Source: Takakia lepidozioides (Eukaryota > Plantae > Bryophyta). Taken from it: a DNA stretch of 64,000 nucleotides. The notes beneath the pieces were generated by a model. It ran no database searches. It worked only from the letters and a program-made list of their open reading frames with translations, and was not told where the DNA came from. This document shows positions 1 to 11,700 of the stretch, piece after piece (the stretch's first letter is position 1; the number at the start of each line of letters is the position of its first letter). The position numbers were made by a program, and so were the translations under genes. The stretch lies in NCBI GenBank assembly GCA_030704615.1, contig CM060734.1, forward strand, positions 30,814,001-30,878,000, read 5' to 3'.

Positions 1-122
1 ACATCTGTACATTGAGGTGAAAAATTGGAATCTTGCATCTCACCGTCTTGTATAGCATTAGGCTTCTAAATACGTGCGTTCTGCTTCCATTTTGAACCAC
101 TGCACTCTTGTGTACTGCAAGC

Positions 123-1281
123 ATGGCCACCGCCCCATTGCCAGATGTTGTTGTTCCTCGCTTGGTCGCAGAATTGCGAATTGTCATGCAGACCCCTTCC
201 CTAGGCACGTTCACACACCATGTATTGACGTGGAGGTCCCAATGGCATGGAGGTGCACCTAACTATAGGACAGCCGATGTCGCGTTCGTTCCATGGGATC
301 GGGTTGATGACTTCATTGCAGGAGAGTCGGCTCGCTCAAATGCCCCTTGTAAGTTCACCAAACAACGACAATCTGTCACCCATGAAGGTGCCCTGCATGC
401 TCCACGGATCAACAGCTTCTTGCAAATGACAAGGTGATTATCTAAAGTCTTTCACGTATTTCTGCAATGGTTCGTGCATGTCAACAATGCATGTCCTTGA
501 ACCTCTGTCGTTTCTCTAATGCTATGCTCGTTTCTGCTTTCAGGTACCATTGCTCTTACAGTCCTACAAAGCATTCCATGGCCGTTATGCAGATCAGAAA
601 TGACAGGTGGCCCAAAAATGGAAACGACCTCCTCTGAAAAAACCACAACAACAGATGTGAACAACGTCTACGTCTGGAACAGCCGAACCGAAACCAAAGC
701 AAAGAAGAATAACAGGGAAGAATGGAGGGGAGGGCATCAAACAAGGTTGTACATGCTAATTCATAGTAAAATAGTGCTATCTTGATCCCGGAATCACTAT
801 GTTGGTGTACTACCAGAAGAACCACGTCAATAGACATGGTGTTAATCCTGTTTACGGGCCTTCCTGTGAAAAGTCGTGGCATGCTATCGTACCTCATCTT
901 AGTAACGACATGAGAGCGTGGATCCTACACCAACTGCGCCTAGGTCTCTCTGTTAACAAAATAATGGCGAACCACACACAAAGAGTGAAAGACATCATGG
1001 AAGACGGGTTGGAGCTGGTTACCCGAGATACGTTCTTGTTGTCGCATGATATCAGAAACATTGCCAACAAATGTGACGAGGAGCTTTTCAATAGACATCC
1101 TAACGACGCTCGCATTGTCCGAATGTGGGTGGCTGGCAAACCGAACAGTGTCTTCTACTATCAAGAAGAACTCGTTCACCCCCCCTAGACATCAAGTAAA
1201 CGCAAGCTTGATCTGCCATTTGTGTTGGGCATTCAAACAGAATGGCAGAAAGAACAGATGCTTGACCTCAGACATGGTAGA
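123..1281 (+). pseudogene. 5' part of MULE/SWIM-type transposase-derived gene (outer element), interrupted by LTR retrotransposon
   Basis: Exons encode ADVAFVPWDRVDDFIAGES, WILHQLRLGLSVNKIM and RDTFLLSHDIRNI. After an in-frame TAG at 1186-1188 the frame reads PFVLGIQTEWQKEQML..HGR, which joins across the insertion to IVACDATFGTN at 18513. Confidence 0.75.
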
Positions 1282-2005
1282 TGTCGCAGCCCTTTGCCTC
1301 GAGGGCAGGGGGTCGGGACGCAGGAGGGGCTGCCCCTGTGGTGGGGGCAGTGGCAGCGATAGATACGAGGGGCTGAAGCACCCTTGAGTGCCCAAGGCAC
1401 TCAAGGAGGCGGAGGCGCTCACTAGGTGGAGCCCCGCACACCGAGTTGTGGTGGGGGTGGCTCCACAAGGGGTGGTGGTAGCTTAGCGGGACTTAGTGGG
1501 GGTGGCATAGGACTCACCATGGGGCGGAGACCTTGTGGTGGGAGTCGTGGGGAGTCTTGGGACTCATCACGGTCCAATGGGGCCGTGGTGGGTGGGCCAA
1601 GACTCACCGCAACTCATCACTGGGAGTCGAGGGTCTTTGTGGTGGTTCGCCATAAAATGGCAGGGTTTGTGAAACCCCCGGGAACAGTCACAGAAGTATA
1701 TATAGGGAGTAGTAACCCCGAGAATGGTGCAAGCCCGTTGGTGACCAAAAACTAGTGAGTAAGCGAGCGAGGCGGAAAACGACCGAGGAGTGGGGAGCTA
1801 TTCCGGACTGCCATCTACCAAAGGGGATTTCCACTAGGCCCAAATTGGTGGAGGGTCTTTTGGAAGAGTAAAGGGGGACCGTTATGTCCCGGTGAGCAGC
1901 CGAAGCTCCAAGTTGGCCCGGGCCGCCAGGTTGGGAGTTAGGCGCGCGCATCAAAGCGAGTAACTATGACTTGAAGGGGAGCTTACCGAAGTGAGGTGCG
2001 CGACA
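1282..2005 (+). repeat. 5' LTR (724 bp)
   Basis: Starts TGTCGC and ends GCGACA; near-identical to 7653-7695 plus 17814-18507; TATATATAG at ~1698. Confidence 0.95.
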
Positions 2006-2007
2006 CT

Positions 2008-2019
2008 TGGTATCAGAGC
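2008..2019 (+). promoter_or_regulatory. Primer binding site complementary to initiator tRNA-Met
   Basis: TGGTATCAGAGC two bases after the 5' LTR. Confidence 0.93.
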
Positions 2020-2060
2020 CTAGAGTTCAGTATGCGATCGTCCTTGGGATCGGCCTCATC

Positions 2061-5000
2061 ATGGGGTCAGGCAAACCAAAGCGAAAGCGGAACGGCCCGA
2101 AAGATGATGATCCTGGTGAGCCCGATGGGGACGACGTGTCACCAAAGCGGCCATTTGAGGAAACGATGCATGTTTTTGAAAATGAGGCCGCTCAAGAATG
2201 GGAGGAATCTGAGGAGTCGGAGCCCGAGGAATTCCTGAGAGCTCGGACAGACCAACAGATGCCTCCCATGCCTTTTGGGAAGGGTTGTTGGCGCAGTTTG
2301 GCGGGACGTTGAAAGACGTGTTGACGGCGGCTAATGCCACTTCCACTAAGGCAAAGTTTAAGGTGAAGCCTAAGGAACCCGACACCTTCGAGGGCGTCCA
2401 AAATCGAAAGGCACTCAACACCTGGCTCTTGGAGCTAGAGCAGTACTTCCGGGCGGCCAAGTTGAGTGACGAGGATCGGGTGGAAGTGGCTCCCACCTAT
2501 TTGAGGGGCTATGCTCAACAATGGTGGCAGAAATGCCTTCACGACCGAGGTCCAAACCCGGAAACCTTGAACTGGAGTGGGTTCAAGGAACTTATGAAGA
2601 GACAATTTGTGCCCCTCAACACGTCCTGGCTCGCATGGGACAAGATGAGGAATTTGAAGCAAACGGATGACATTTGGGGATATGTTCAGGCTTTCAATGC
2701 GCTGTTGCTCAAAGTCGCGGACATGGCAGAACCAGAAATGGTCTTCAACTTTGTGGCGGGACTGGCCCCATGGGCCAGGCGGAAGTTGGAGGAGAAGCCA
2801 CCTAAGACTTTGAACGAGGCAATTGAGAGGGCTGAATGTTTCTCGGATGTCCCTAGGGGCGAAAGACAAGGCCGTACGGAGCTGAACCACAAGAAGGCCC
2901 GGCGGGAGGGTGACTCCTTCCGACCGGAAAAGAAGTGGGATAGGCTACGCGGCGACAATGGCATGTGGAAATCGAAGGGAGGGCCTTCACACGTCAAGGC
3001 GGCACCCGGTGCTCCGAAAGGAAAAGCAGGTGCGGCAGCTTATGGCGGACAGAAGGCGACCTTCAATGGAGTGTGCTTCAATTGCGGGGAGCCCGGGCAC
3101 ATGGCCAAGAAGTGCACGAAACCCCGACAATTGAACAGGACTCGGGCGGCCACGGAGCTGTTCGAAGATTCAATCAGCCGTTTGGTGGAGGCGATACTGG
3201 TCGCCAAGACTTGCAAGGTAGGCAAGTACTCTTGTGAGTTGTATCAGGAAACAAGTGCCTTGCGTAAAAGAAGTCAGTTAATGTTCGTGGATGGGATAAT
3301 TTCCGGAACTAACGTGTCGTTGTTGGTGGACACAGGAGCGTCGCACTCCTTCATGACACCGGCAACGGCACGAAAGTTGGGGCTCCCGACAAGTGACGTG
3401 GGGGCTTCTATTGAGGTGCATTCTGCCAAAGGAGAACCACAATTGGCGACGAGGTTGACGTTTGATGTTCCTCTTCAACTGGGGAGTTGGGAGGGACGCG
3501 AGAACTTCACCATTTGCGAGATCGATGGAGTGGATCTCATTTTGGGGATGATATTTTTGAGCAAATCCAGAGCGGTCATAGATGGCCGCAAGAGAGTAGT
3601 CACGTTGCCGTGTGGGAATGGTGGCGAAGTTTTACGAGTGTCGGAAACACCCAAACCCGTGGTTGGGCGAATAAATCTTTTGTCAGCAAAGGAGTGGGCC
3701 GTGGAGGAGCCACACGAGCCCCAGTTTTTGCTTTATGTAAGACAAGTGAAGGGAGAAGGCGATAGGGAGCCAAGCCCAGATTGGATCAAGGGGATCTTGG
3801 AGAAATACCAGGATGTGATGCCGGAGGATTTACCAACCGGCTTGCCACCGCGAAGGGGAGTTGACCACAAGATTGAGGTGATACCGGGATCGGAGCCGCC
3901 TGCCAAGGCGCCCTATCGGTTGAGCCACAGAGAGTTGGTCGAGCTGAAGACTCAGCTCAAGGATCTAATGTCAAAGGGGTACATCCGGCCGAGTAAGTCA
4001 CCTTAGGGAGCCCCGGTGCTATTCGCAGACAAGAAGGATGGGATGCTGCGGATGTGTGTCGATTACAGGGCTCTGAATAAGGTGACTATAAAAAACCGGT
4101 ACCCTTTGCCAAGGATTGACGACCTTTTCGATCGGTTGGCAGAAGCGAAGTATTTCAGCCGGATCGATTTGCGTTCCGGCTATCATCAATTTGAGTGGCG
4201 GAAGGAGATGAGGAGAAGACCGCGTGCAGGACAAGGTATGGTTCATATGAGCTCCTTGGTGATGTCTTTTGGGCTCACCAACACACCCGCGATCTTTAGC
4301 ATGCTGATGAACAGCCTTTTCCAGGAGTGGTTGGATGACTTTGTGATCGTGTACATCGACGACATCTTGGTGTACTCGAAAACAAAGGAGGAGCACCTGA
4401 AGCACCTAAAAAGGGTGTTCCAAAAATTGTTGGAAGCGAAGGTGTATGCCAAAGCTTCAAAGTGCGAATTCGGGGTCACAAAAGTGGAATTCCTGGGGCA
4501 TGTGATTACATAGGATGGGATCAAAATGGATGACAGAAAGGTGAGGGCGATCTTGGACTGGGAGCCTCCAACTTCGGTCCCGGGAGTGCGATCCTTCCTA
4601 GGACTCGCCTCCTATTACCGAAAGTATGTGAGAAATTTTGCCAAGATCGCGGGGCCGCTGTCAGACCTTCTGTGTAAATCCAAGGTATGGGTATGGAACA
4701 CCCTTTGTGGCCAAGCTTTTGTCAAGTTGAAGCAGCGGATGGCGGAAGCTCCAGTCTTGAAAATCCCGGAGTTCGACCGTCCGTTTGAGATTCATACAGA
4801 TGCGTCGGACTTCGCGATTGGGGGTGTACTTATGCAAGATGGACGTCCAGTGGCTTACGAAAGTAAGAAACTGAATGAAGTGGAGCGACGGTGGCCAACG
4901 CACGAGAAAGAGATGAAGGCGGTGGTGCATTGCCTTGAGCTTTGGCGCCACTATGTTGGTTCCAACCCGGTGAAGGTATTCACGGACAATGTAACGGTGA

Positions 5001-6613
5001 AGTATTTTGCCACGCAGCCTAAGTTGTCCCCAAAACAACTTAGGTGACAAGATACTTTGGCGGTGTTTGACGTGGATATCCAGTATAAATCGGGACGGGA
5101 CAATGTGGTGGCCGATGCTTTAAGTAGAAAGCAGCAGCTCAAGTTGGTGTACAGAGGCGAGACGGCGCTCCAAAGAAAGATCCGGAAGGCTTACCAGAAT
5201 GATGAGATGACAAAGTCCGTGATGCGGGACTTAAGGATGGGGGTTAAATCGCAATTTCACTTGCAAAATGGACTGCTCCGGTACAAGCAAAAGCGTCTCT
5301 ATGTGCCGAAGGGAGGGATCAGAGATAGTCTCTTGAGAAAATGCCATGATGGCCCGCTTGCAGGCCACGACGGAGCCAAGCGCACCGCGGCACTCCTGAA
5401 GAAAGAGTATTTCTGGCCCAAACTGAAGGAGGAGGCCGAGGAGTATGTCAAGACATGCACCACATGCCAACAAAACCGGAGCGAGTACAAAAAGCAAGCG
5501 GGGCTGTTACAACCCTTGCCGATTCCAGAGGGGTCTTGGAAAAGTGTCTCGATGGATTTCATGACTGCTATGCCGCTGTCAAAAGGATTTGATGCAATCG
5601 TGGTGGTGGTACATAGGTTCAGTAAAATGGGCCATTTCATTCCCACCAAGGAGACGGCAACGACACACGAGACGAGGCGACTTTACTACGCCCATGTCTT
5701 CAAACATCATGGATTCCCGAAGGATATTGTTTCGGACCGTGATCCAAAGTTTACAAGTAAATTTTGGAGGGCACTCTGGAAGAAAATGGGGACGAGGCTC
5801 AAGATGAGCACCGCCTTCCGACCTACGACGGACGGCCAAACGGAAAGGGTGAATTCCGTGGTGAAGCAGCGAAATTACGTGGCGGCAGACCAATCGGACT
5901 GGGTGGAGCACTTGAACGCGACAAAGTTCTGTTATAATAACACAAAACACTCCGCAACGGGAGTTTTCCCTTTCGTATTGGTCTATGAAAAAGCACCTCT
6001 GGTGCCGACAAGTTGGGCCGCCCAAGACGTTGAGGAACCGGCAGCAGCAGCGGTGCTGGAAGAATTTGAACGTTTGTTGAAGCTCGCAAAGTACAACATT
6101 GCCAAAGCTAGGAAACGGTATGAACGACAGGCGAATCGGAAGTGGAGGGAAGTTAAGTTTGAGGCAGGCACGGAGGTCTGGTTGAACATTAAGAATTTCC
6201 AACTACCTCCGGAAGTGAGTCCGAAGTTTGTACCTCCGTTTGCGGGACCCTTTCGCATCCGGAAGGTTATGAATGAGGATGTGTATGAATTGGAGCTGCC
6301 GGCAAACAGTAAGGTGCATCCGGTATTCCACGTCTCCTTTTTGAAGCCTTACTTCAAAGATGAAGCGCGTCCGAATTGTCATCAAGTGTTGCGTCCGCCA
6401 CCTGTGCTGTTGGATCATGAAAATGAACCTGAGTACGAGGTGGAGGCAGTGCTTAAGTTGAGGAGGTTCAAGAATCGAGAAACGGAGTATCTTGTAAAAT
6501 GGAAGGGCTATCATCATGTGGAGGCATTTTGGGTGCGTGCCTCAGAAATGAGAAACGCATCCGAGGCGGTTGCAACTTTCGAAGGGCGACCTCAAAAGCG
6601 GAAGAAGCGTTGA
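2061..6613 (+). pseudogene. gag-pol polyprotein (Gag, CCHC knuckle, aspartic protease, RT, RNase H, integrase, chromodomain) with stops and frameshifts
   Basis: CFNCGEPGHMAKKC; LLVDTGASHSF; [10 protein letters not shown] and YIDDILVYS; TDASDFAIG; H..H..C..C integrase zinc finger, SMDF, SDRD, DGQTER, GPF; EYEVEAVL..YLVKWKGY chromodomain. Stops at 4004, 4511 and 5045; frameshift near 2280. Confidence 0.93.
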
Positions 6614-7640
6614 TGGGGACATCAACCTTGGATCGTGGGGGAGGAAATGCATGCTTAGCCCAGCCTAGCTAGCTCAGGAATCCGATTGCAAAAACTTGTA
6701 TTGTACAAATTTTGTTATAAATGAAATGGTTTCCAAATGTTGTGCATCCTATTTTGTTTGGAATGGTGATGCATGGTATGGTTGGCTAGTGTGTAGAATG
6801 CATGCTAGCTTACAAAAGTGGGAGAGGTAAATTGGATTAATTGTGTGTTTGCATAGTGCCGAAATCGGGAGACTCCCATCCAAGGGGCAAGGAAACTTGC
6901 GCCTTCTTTGGGAGTTCATGTCCTAGTGCGTACCTGACGCGTGTGCGTACTATAACTGCGCTACCGAGGGGGTTGCCTTGTAGTGCGGGCTAACGCGGAA
7001 GCTACGTGCTTCCGTTCACGTACTATAATCGTGTAGCCTCTGGACGAAGTCGTAGTGCGGCTTCGGCGTGTTCCCGTACCTCAGGTCAGCATTCCAAGGC
7101 GGACCCAATTGTAGTGATTGGGGCGCACGGTTGGTTCAAGGTTATCTTCCTAGTCAAAAAGGTGTTCAAGGTGAACCCTTGCTCAAGGTGATGCCAAAAA
7201 ACGACATCATGAGCGGTCGCAATCAATGTTGTTGCAGTAAGGCGATTCGATCCTCGGGGAGGATCGTTCCTTGGCCTTGAAGTGGGCCAAGAAGAGTGCA
7301 CTAGGAGGAGCTTGAGAAACTCCAGTACCCTTGGCCGGGACTTGGAGGAAGTCGGCCGAACTAGCTAGTGGAGAGAAGAGTCAAGTGGGGGTTTGGTTCT
7401 TCCACTGCCTCCAGACGAGTTGTCTGATTATGCAAGTAATCTCAACTAGTGCTTATCCGCCCCTTTTAGAGACTTGCAATTTGACCGAGACGAGTGGATT
7501 TGGATGTCCCCAAGACAACCCTTGTTTTGCTTACCATGGGACGCCATGGTATGGAAACAAACTCCTTGATGTGGGACGCCACAATTTGGATGTTCATTTC
7601 TACAAAATGGACAAGTCAATGAGGACATCGACTCCCTGTT

Positions 7641-7652
7641 GGTAGGGGTGTG
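7641..7652 (+). promoter_or_regulatory. Polypurine tract
   Basis: GGTAGGGGTGTG immediately before the 3' LTR start at 7653. Confidence 0.7.
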
Positions 7653-7695
7653 TGTCGCGGCCCTTTGCCTTGAGGGCAGGGGGTCGGGATGCAGG
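7653..7695 (+). repeat. 3' LTR, first 43 bp (left of nested insertion)
   Basis: TGTCGCGGCCCTTTGCCTTGAGGGCAGGGGGTCGGGATGCAGG matches the start of the 5' LTR. Confidence 0.92.
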
Positions 7696-7810
7696 GATGC
7701 CTCGGCGTGAGCCTGGTCACGTGAGCGCGTGAGCGCGACTGCGCTCACGCCACGTCACCTTGCGCAAATGCCACGTCACGGGGCTCAGTCCACGTCATCA
7801 CACGTGGAGG
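7696..7810. repeat. Left terminal/subterminal repeats of the inner transposon
   Basis: GATGCCTCGGCGTGAGCCTGGTCACGTGAGCGCGTGAGCG aligns with the reverse complement of the right end; CGCTCACGCCACGTCA at 7742-7757 and further CCACGTCA copies. Confidence 0.8.
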
Positions 7811-7904
7811 CCGAGTCACCACGCACCCAGAAAGAAGTGGAGTGTATTCCCGCGGATTGGCACCCTTTACCGCGGAAACAAGCTGGACGACATAATAAAA
7901 GGCA

Positions 7905-8260
7905 TTGAATAAATGATGAATGAATGTACAGTTGGATGATAAACAGATGGATGAGTTTGAAAAATCTATGTAGATGGATGAATGACGGATGGATAAGAGT
8001 AAAATGGATGAATGTATAATGGATGTTGAGCAATGACAAAAATTCATGACAGGAAGATGCATGACCAAATCTTTTGACGAATGCACAAAGTATATGAAAT
8101 GAGTGTGGAAGGTTTGTGGGGTGGATTAAAGAGTACAGAGGATGAATGTACAATGGATGTTGTACAAAGGAAGCTTTCATGAATGGAGCACGCATGAATA
8201 CAGTGTAGATGAATGCACAATGGATATGAGAAGAGTCAGGAAGGTTTGTGAGATGGATTC
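7905..8260. repeat. Degenerate GGATGAATG-rich tandem repeat
   Basis: Many ATGGATG / GATGAATG units, e.g. GGATGAATGTA(T/C)AATGGATGTTG at ~8006 and ~8140. Confidence 0.7.
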
Positions 8261-8718
8261 ATACATATAGCAATTTAAACGAAAGTTGATTCTGTGATTA
8301 TTATTTGTTCTAAAGGAACAACTACGGTAGAGTAAGGGGATTCAACGTTTTCCAGATAATATGAAAATGAATATTAAAAGAATACAGTTCAGTCTGACTC
8401 AGAGTCAGTACAATGTATCCCCTCTTCCTCTGCATCTAAGTCTAAGTATTTTAGAACACCGGATCCACGCTGGATACACCTATGGCTGGCCACTAAAAAG
8501 TCAGGGGATAGGGACTCGGACGCGTGAAGTGCCATTGCTTCGGCATAAACAGGGAGCAGAAAATTGGAAAGGGGGCTGTCGAAAACAGACTCGCCAGAAA
8601 TGACTGTATCTCCTGAAGATCCACCGCTGGCTTTCCTGAAAGACAGCCTGAAAAAGTTATTACTGTAACTTTGATGTTATCGAGAAATTGAGTATGACTC
8701 CCAAAGAGGGTTTAGCAC

Positions 8719-11700
8719 TTACTCACATGAAAAGTCGTTGTCGACCTGCTTATCTTCGGGATCGTCATCATTTCGAATATGAATCCGATCAGTCTGTGTG
8801 CCTGAAGTGGAGCCAGACAAAAGGGGGAGGAGCACTGTGTTGTAGAGGTCATAATCACCCTCCATACCAAAAAGGCTTCTTCCGCCTGCCTTGCATGCGT
8901 GGTAAGTTGCTCCTGCACCAGACAGGAGAACATAAGCAGTTTGGAGGAGGGGATTTAAGCAGATGAAACTGTTGAAAGGAAACCAATTCGGAAGGGAGAA
9001 AACGAACCTGTGGACACAGAAAGATCGACCACCCGTGCAGAGCGGTGGCTGCATGACTCCAGCAGTATTTGCATGAATGCTGGTGACTTTTCCTTTGCAC
9101 CTCTCCAGGGAGTGCCATCTGGTCTCTTCAGAGTCTGACTGGACTGCATGAAGTTGTACAAAATGTCATCGACATGGGGCTCATAGGGGGGGTTGACGAA
9201 ACAACCCTGGTCAGAAATCTCAAAGTTGCGGATGGAGGATGGTGTCTTTGATGTGCGAATCCTCCGCAGGCAGATCGCCTCGAACATCCTCGTCTGCCAA
9301 AGATAGCAGGTTAGTGTGGTAAACACAATCTAAAGTGGAAGTGTGTACATCGGCTATTCAGAACTCTGACACCAAAAAACCATGAATCGTTGATGATCGG
9401 TGTCGATCATAAAACATTCTACTAGAGTGGAGCTGCAGAGAAAATTGAAACTCATGATCAAAGCATAAGCAGAAGGCAGACGGCATACCAGCTGACCAGG
9501 GAAACCCCCTTTCACAAGGTAGAGACTGTTCACACAATTCCATGTGCGCAAAACTTCAAACCCTGAAGACTTGAGGTATGATGCCAATGCCCGACGACTA
9601 TCATTGTCACATGACTGAAAAAGCAGAAGTGTCCCTGCATCAGAGAGGAAATTGTTACAGAACCCGAATACCCAACTCCAGTAGTTGTCCTCGAATTTGT
9701 TCCACCCTGGCGTCTTGCCCTTTGGAAGAACTTCTGGCACAGCCTGGCCATCCGGAATGTCGAGAATGACAATGTCGGCCGCATAAGTTTTCTGCACACC
9801 GCACACGAAGGTGGGACCTGTGCTCACCTGCAACAGACATGTTTTTTATAAGAACGATGGCAAGAATGTTTTCAAAGAACGAGACTGAAATACTGCCAAC
9901 GAAACATTCAGAGAAAAAGGAAAGAAAGTGGAATTCTCACCAGATTGAGGAATGAGATTATTTTGTCCCAGGTAGGGGATGGCACCCCAGTGTATCCTCT
10001 CTTTCGACTCTGCATCATCGAAAGCCAACCCTCATTAACAATTTTCATCTCTCCTGCTGAATCAGAACGGGAAGGGTGTGGCTTGGCATCGAACACGCAC
10101 TGAAGAGTGCGGGTATATCTTCCAGCACTAAAGTCCTGCCCACTCTCCATCTCCTTTTCATTCTCCTTCCCCTTGTCCTTTTCCTTCTCTTTGGACTTGT
10201 CTTTGTCCTTTGGCTTTGCTGGTGAGATGGCTATGACATCAACAGCCTTGTCTTTTGGTTTGCGGCCCGCCTTCTTTCCCTTCTGCGGCGTTCCCTGAGC
10301 ATCAGGCTCCTTGGCAGCCAAGGTTGCTATGTTTCGTTGATACTCTTCTTCAGTCAAAGGCGCCAGCATCTCAGCGTTATTGTTCAAGTATTTCATATGC
10401 TGTTCTTGAAAGGTCGTGTGCTCAGGTGGACAGTCAAGGTACCACCCACAGTCTCTGAAGTGAGAAGGACTCCAGTCCTTCAATATCCCTGCAGTATACA
10501 TGGTTGGATCGTTTGCAGGGTCCGACCACATGTCAAGATAGTCGGGAATTCCGCTCAGGTGATTTCCTTCCATAAGCACATATTTCGTGTACCTGAAAAA
10601 AGGAGATGAATCCCAACCCACAAAAGCGCTCAGTGAGTAAGATGCAAGTAGAACAGAAAGAATAAAACATGGATTGAAATGGCTCTGACAACTGCTCCAA
10701 GGACCTTTCAGGACCACACTACTGCTCCAGATATGAATGTCGTCAACGCCATTCAGAACATTCCATTCCATGACACTGTAAATACATCCTAATCCAGGTG
10801 AATGCAAATAAGCGATTAGAAATGACACAGAAATAGAAGTGAATGTCGTCAACGACATTCAAGAATGAAGCCAAATTATTACTGAAATGAAGCAAAATCA
10901 CAGGATGGAAATAAAAAAATTGAGTAAGGAACCATCCAGGAAAACTCAATGCACATTCATAACGAACCTATCACTGAGGACCTCACAACATCACTGTATG
11001 TGAATGGCGTCAACGCCATTCACAAAAATACAAAAAAGAAACCAATTACTTAGCTCCCCAATCCATGAAAATTGAATTTGTCGTTTTTGAATAATACAGA
11101 CACAGCTGTGAATGTCGTCAACGACATTCACTTTGGATTTCTTAAAACAGAGCTTATCAAGCCTCCATATTCATCGCAAGAGGAAAAAACAATGCAGAAC
11201 AACTGAATGTCTGCATTGACATTCAGCAAAATGAAGTGATCAACCCTCATTGTAACCTCTATGGACATTACAAAAATTTAAATAACCTTGAGGACCACAC
11301 AACAACTCCGTATGTGAATGTCGTCAACGCCATTCAAGGACATTATCAATTCTAATCAGGGACAATATAATTGCACCCTTAGATCCTAACCAGGTGAATT
11401 CATATACTCGCTTAGAATGACTCAGACAAAGAAGTGAATGTCGTCAACGACATTCAATCTGGATCTAAGATTGCAATCCATATGAAGCCACAATTTTTCC
11501 CAAAAAAACAGTAGAGTTTCAAGTATGACATTTCACCTGTACACAACTCGCATCATGGCCCACTCTCCTCCAACCTGACTGTCAAAGTCGTTGGACCGTA
11601 AAATGTTACCATCTTTGGAGAACTCCCGGAAAAAACAGTATCTCCAGGTGAGACCTCTCCACTTCCTTATGTATGCCTCCAATGACATTTGGGGAGGGGA

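Noticed and set aside
1426-1954. Gly/Pro-rich ORFs in the LTRs and antisense ORFs over pol, BTAF1 and PPR exons
   Set aside because: By-products of GC-rich repeats or of the coding frame on the opposite strand.
6614-7640. Extra ORF (env-like) between pol and the 3' LTR
   Set aside because: Only short ORFs with no recognisable motif; treated as 3' untranslated region.
8955-9326. NPPY in GCFVNPPYEP as the methyltransferase catalytic motif
   Set aside because: It falls in the variable region between the motif IV-VIII block and motif X/I. DIVILDIPDG has the expected strand context and position. Not fully excluded without an alignment.
9908-10858. 316-aa ORF as a standalone gene
   Set aside because: Its N-terminal part is intron 5 sequence; only 10592-9941 is an exon of the cargo gene.
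10734-11456. CRISPR array
   Set aside because: The spacers are long and uneven (73-139 bp) and partly homologous to each other, there are no cas genes, and the array lies in a spliceosomal intron.
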